Shown: one piece after another, positions 59,245 through 64,000 of the stretch
Position numbering within the stretch: position 1 is the stretch's first letter
How the letters are laid out: each line of letters begins with the position of its first letter
Assembly (NCBI GenBank): GCA_964187785.1
Contig: OZ076409.1
Location: forward strand, 13,704,001 to 13,768,000
From: Amphiscolops sp. MND2022
Taxonomy: Eukaryota
Length of the DNA: 64,000 bases
Direction of reading: 5' to 3'
Notes under the pieces: generated by a model
What the model was told of the DNA's origin: nothing
Databases searched by the model: none
What the model saw: only the letters and a program-made list of their open reading frames with translations
Made by a program: the position numbers and the translations under genes

Positions 59245-62200
59245 TGTTCACGTCAGCGTCATCTCAGCGTCAATTTCCTGCGAACCAAAGCAGTGAAACA
59301 GGGAATGACCTCCGGTTTGACAGACTGAAGTAATATCTACTTCCTGCTTAGGAGGAACCAAAAGGACGCCGGAATGAAATGATATGTTCGTGATAAGTGA
59401 CTAATATCGAAAATTGTAGTCGTGTCTTAAAATCTGACAGAATGTCGACGCAAAATTGGGATCGTAATGATTTTTTCACCAATAAAACAGGAAATGACTG
59501 ATTGTTCAAGGGGAATTAGGGTTTTAGTCTTTATCAAATGATGATAGAAGGGTATAAATACGATGCAATTTGTCGATTAAGGGACTCAGTCTTTTCTAAT
59601 TGCGAAAATTAGTTGTTCGATATCTTGTTCAGTTTCTGAATCAACCTCCTTCAACTTTGTTGAAACATAATCAGAGGATAAATTGAATTCATCTGAAACA
59701 AATCGTTCTTCATCGAAAAGTCGACTACAAGGAGCCAAAAGAGAAGAAACAAGCAACAAGAAGCTATTGAAAGCGTAAATGAAGGTTTTGTCTCACCAGT
59801 TGTAGTGGAAAATTCTTGTCCTCTAGATCAGGACGTAAGCATTGCGGGCCCATCTAAACCAAAACTCCCAGGATGGAATGTAGTTTCTTGGAAACTTTGA
59901 GGGCTTCTTTAAAAGAAGAGATTACTTTCGAAAATAAGAATCTACTTGTAGAGTCTCAGAGAGAATTGCTAAGAATTCCTAAACCTGAAACAAGAGAAAA
60001 CGTAAGAGAAAACGTCGAGGAAGGAACGGAGAACGAAATGAAGAGCTTTTACACTCCTACAAATTTAGTTAGAATTAATTCTACTCAAAATAACGACCCG
60101 TGCAGTAGTCGTAACATGGTGACAGGAGTCCTAACCGACTCCGCCAATCAACCAAAAAGACCAAAAATAAGGTCCCAGAGCCAACCGGCGTCAAAAGAAC
60201 GTCCTGCGGTAGCCAGAACACTTTTTGGTGCGGAAAAGAACGAAAACCCCTTGCTACCTATGCCCAAAGCCCTAACGGCATCACTCCCAACGTTTGACGG
60301 GAAATCCGAAAAATTCGAATTTTTTGAGGATCTTTTACGCAACAATATCAAAATGTATCAACACCTCACGGAACTCCAAAAAAGTAACTACTTTCATTCC
60401 CTACTCCATGAAAACGCACTACAAGCGTTTTGCAACATAGAAGATACGAAAATGACTCGTTAGAGGAAATCATGACGATTTCCAAACGCCGTTTTGGCGC
60501 CTACTTGTCAATGGCAAAATTAGATGCGAATGGGACGCACTCAAATTTGATCCCTCCACGCAAAAACTACATGAATTCTTGGACGTCCCCCGAAAAACCG
60601 CCAAGGTGGCCTTCGGATCAGAGGCCCAACAATTCATTGACAAGGCCATATAAGCCATGATGCCCGATCACGTTAAGAAGATATTAAACAGGGCATACCT
60701 CGAAGACAAACCGTACAATGACATCGTACTCCACCTAGAAAGAGAGATGCGACTCAATGGCCTTGGAGCACCAGATGAGGTCACCTTGGTCCCTCTGAAT
60801 AAAATTGAATCTGCTCAAACAAAACCTGAGATCAAGGGTAGCTGAAACTGCTACCCAAAATACCACCCAAAATATTAAAAAAGGTTACTGTTTCTACTGC
60901 AATAAATTCGGCCACTTCAAAGCAGAATGCCTAAAACTGAGAAGAGATAAATGGCGACAGACACGGAGAAACAACGGCGAAACCAAAAACAGTGCAGACA
61001 CCACGATTAAATGCGATACCTGTGGCAAACCTCATAAAACGGAAGATTGTTGGAATGGAGCCAACTCAGCCAATGATCCGAGGCCTAAGCGACACTTCCA
61101 ACAAGAAAGGAAGACGGATACCTCCGCCCAACAAACGACAGCTAAATTCGGAGATGAGTCAAAAAACTAATTACGCCGCGCCTGCGCTTTGGGGAAACAG
61201 TAGACGCGATGGCGTATTCACCAGAGGATCCCCCTACCACATACGCTAACGACACAACAATAGAATGCAATGCTACACCAACTGAAGACTGATTAGAACG
61301 ACAAGCACTCACCTCAATAAGAAGACCACTACCACAATCAGAAAAAGAGGAAAGCTATTCCCAAGATAAAGACTATAGAGGCAACCGAATACATCACATA
61401 AACCCTCCCGTCCAGTCTCATCTCAATACCAAAGACCAACCCGTTGCAACACAAGTAGAACAAAACGAAAACGCCCCTGACGACCAACTATCGTCACAAT
61501 CGACAGAGGAAGATAATTACGGCTCCATAAAAAAATCCATCTTCCCAGACAATTTTCCCGCCTCACTCAATTCAATCAAAGAGTAATCGAAAAAGATGAA
61601 AGCACCTACATACCACTCCACTCCACAATACCGCTCAAAAACGACGACGGATGCTCTATCTACCACTTGAGTTTGGCGAAATCACAATGGACGGACTTGT
61701 CGACTCAGGAGCAATCATCAACGCAATGTCATGGTCATATTACAACGCAATCAAAATGAGCAGCGACAACTGCATCATAAAGGAGTATCCCCAACCTCCT
61801 TTCAAAATTGAATGTGCAAACGCCCAGCTAGACCAACCAATAGCCACTGCCGATATACAATTCAACATAGGGACGTACACATTCACAGACACCTTCGTCA
61901 TCCTCTCAAAGACGTCTTTCCCAATAATAGGGCTGAATTTCATGAGAAAGCACCAAGCGGTACTAGATACGGCAAACGGTACCGTCAATTTCTCCCACGT
62001 CGAGATGAGGATAGCCATGACAGACGAAATGAAAAACTGTAATCCGAAACCACTCCGAATAATGGCAGAGGGAAACCAAACGCTATCGCCGAACGGAACA
62101 ACAACAGTGAATGCAATAGTGATCACCACGAACACAAACGACGTCACTGGGACGGTAGAGACCTTGCTACAATTCGATGAGACAGCTACCATCATCGTCG

Positions 62201-64000
62201 CACCAGCGTTGGCAACAGCCCACAACAAAAGAATCAATATCCGAATAGCCAACTTGACGGATTTCCCACATACAATAAAAAACTACACCAAACTGGCAGA
62301 AACACAAATCCTTGAACCTGAAAAACAAAACAAATACGACCCATTGACGCGGTCGCACTCAAACTGATAAGAACCTGATAATACCCACATGTATGTAAAT
62401 GAACTCACGAAATCCAGCGAAAATGAACGAAGCGATGAGAATTCTTGGTTCCCTACACCTGAGAATCCAGGGAATGAGGAAGGACATACACCAATCCAAT
62501 GACGGTATTGAAAGAGATCCGGAACTCATCAAAAAGGAGGAATTAGACCCAACAAAAGACCAAGAGTCAAGAAAGAAATTCCTTGACATGTTTCAATGGG
62601 AAGGATCACAAATTGAAGGAAACGATAGAAAGCAGCTTGAACAAACGATACTTGAAAATAACGACATTTTTGCGCGTCACCGACTCGACATCGGCATCTA
62701 CAGCAGCTTCAAAGTGAAACTAACGCCGAAAGAGGAGCGTCCAATCTGCAAACAAGGTCTTCCCGTACCAATGAACTTGAAAGAAGACCTAACAGTCGAA
62801 TTAGCACTAATGCACAGATACGGCATAATAACGACCCTACCATTTTCAAATTATGCAAGCCCAATTTTCTTACAACGAAAACCAAATGGCAAAATACGTC
62901 TACTTGTCGACCTACGGAAAATCAACGCATTGATATCAGACGACTATATCAACAGCAATCACCCAGTCAGCACATTGTCAGATGCAGCTCAACACCTAGC
63001 TGGGAAGAAACTGTTTTGTAAATTAGACTGCTCCCAGGCCATTGCCTGCAAATGGCAGATCAGAGATCAATAGAAATGCTAGCTTTCAACTTCGCAAGCA
63101 GGACATTCGCATACAAGCGCTTAGCACAAGGACTGAGCAGGGCTTTATCAGCATTTTCGAGCTTCATGAGAGAATATTTGGACGAAGTACTTAAGGCCGA
63201 CAAGTGCGCGCAATATGTGGATGACATTGGAATAGCTGCCAATACGGTGACGCAACTGATACGAAATTTCCGAGCTGTCTTCGAATGCAGCAGACAAGCG
63301 GGACTCAAACTATCCATCGACAAATTCCATTTTGGAGTAACCGAGGTCGAATTTCTTGGAAGAACCATAACACCACAAGGGATCGCCCCAAGACCATAAA
63401 ATCCAGAAAATCTTAGCAAACGTGCGAATCCCGAAATCAAAGAAACAAGTGCAAAGATACATAGGCTTTGTAAACTACTATCGCAAATACGTCCCGCGGT
63501 TGTCAGAAAAACTACTTGGCTTCTACGAACTACTGAAAGCAGACAAACAGATCAAAGTAAGAGAAGAATTGCTAGACAACTACAAAGCAATCAACGCAGC
63601 GCTAGCAGAAGCATGCGGATTGGCCCTCAAACAACCCAATCACAGGACGCGAATACGTCCTAATGACGTACGCTAGTTTTCGTCAATCACAAATGACAAA
63701 AAAACTCAATTCCAGAAAGAAAACTTTTGCCCCTGTAGCATTCGGTTCAAAGGTGTTTTCACCAGCGCAACTGAAAATGTCAATTTACTGCAAAGAATTC
63801 TTGGCAATCTACCATGCTTTCAATCAACAATACAGCCATATCTTGTGGGAAACAACTCTACCAACTCTTGTAATGACCGACAATAGATCGGTAACGAGGT
63901 TTTTCTAAACAAAAGCAATTCCCTCCATACTATGCGCCTCCTAGTCCACGAAAACAGACTCATAGTCAAAGACGGAGTACTAATGCGCAAATACTACGAA
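59245..64000 (+). mobile_element. Decayed Ty3/Gypsy retrotransposon running off the window end; putative 5' LTR ~59245-60116
   Basis: Frameshifted gag (LPTFDGKSEKFE; CFYCNKFGHFKAEC and CDTCGKPHKTEDC), protease LVDSGA, RT YVDD and RNase H fragments. TGTT at 59245, a TATAAA near 59554 and AACA-TGGTGACAGGAGT at 60113-60129. The LTR limits are inferred from a single copy. Confidence 0.85.

Overview
This is eukaryotic, repeat-rich genomic DNA with spliceosomal introns, probably from an invertebrate animal; the species cannot be determined from the window. There are three host genes on the + strand: the 3' exons of a cyclophilin, an 11-exon FAM47-family gene (4391-38156) and a 4-exon NUBP1/Nbp35 gene (42436-47171, with one GC-AG intron). 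The 25-kb fifth intron of the FAM47-like gene holds the main feature, a very young 17.8-kb Ty3/Gypsy endogenous-retrovirus-like element (10484-28277). It has 415-bp LTRs with one mismatch seen and an ATAT target-site duplication, confirmed by an empty site at 40970. Its coding content resembles a complex retrovirus: two small transmembrane ORFs, a single 2691-aa Gag-Pol, a 420-codon Met-less ORF missed by the ORF track, a chuvirus/herpes-gB-type (class III) envelope split by one extra A, and two further unknown ORFs. It also has a leader array of co-varying bulged stem-loops. The rest of the window holds a 104-bp satellite, Helentron-type non-autonomous elements (one carrying a tRNA fragment), several MITE/foldback elements including a spacerless palindrome, a deleted three-LTR BEL/Pao element and a decayed Gypsy element at the right end. 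Domain and family calls come from reading motifs by eye; no database searches were run.
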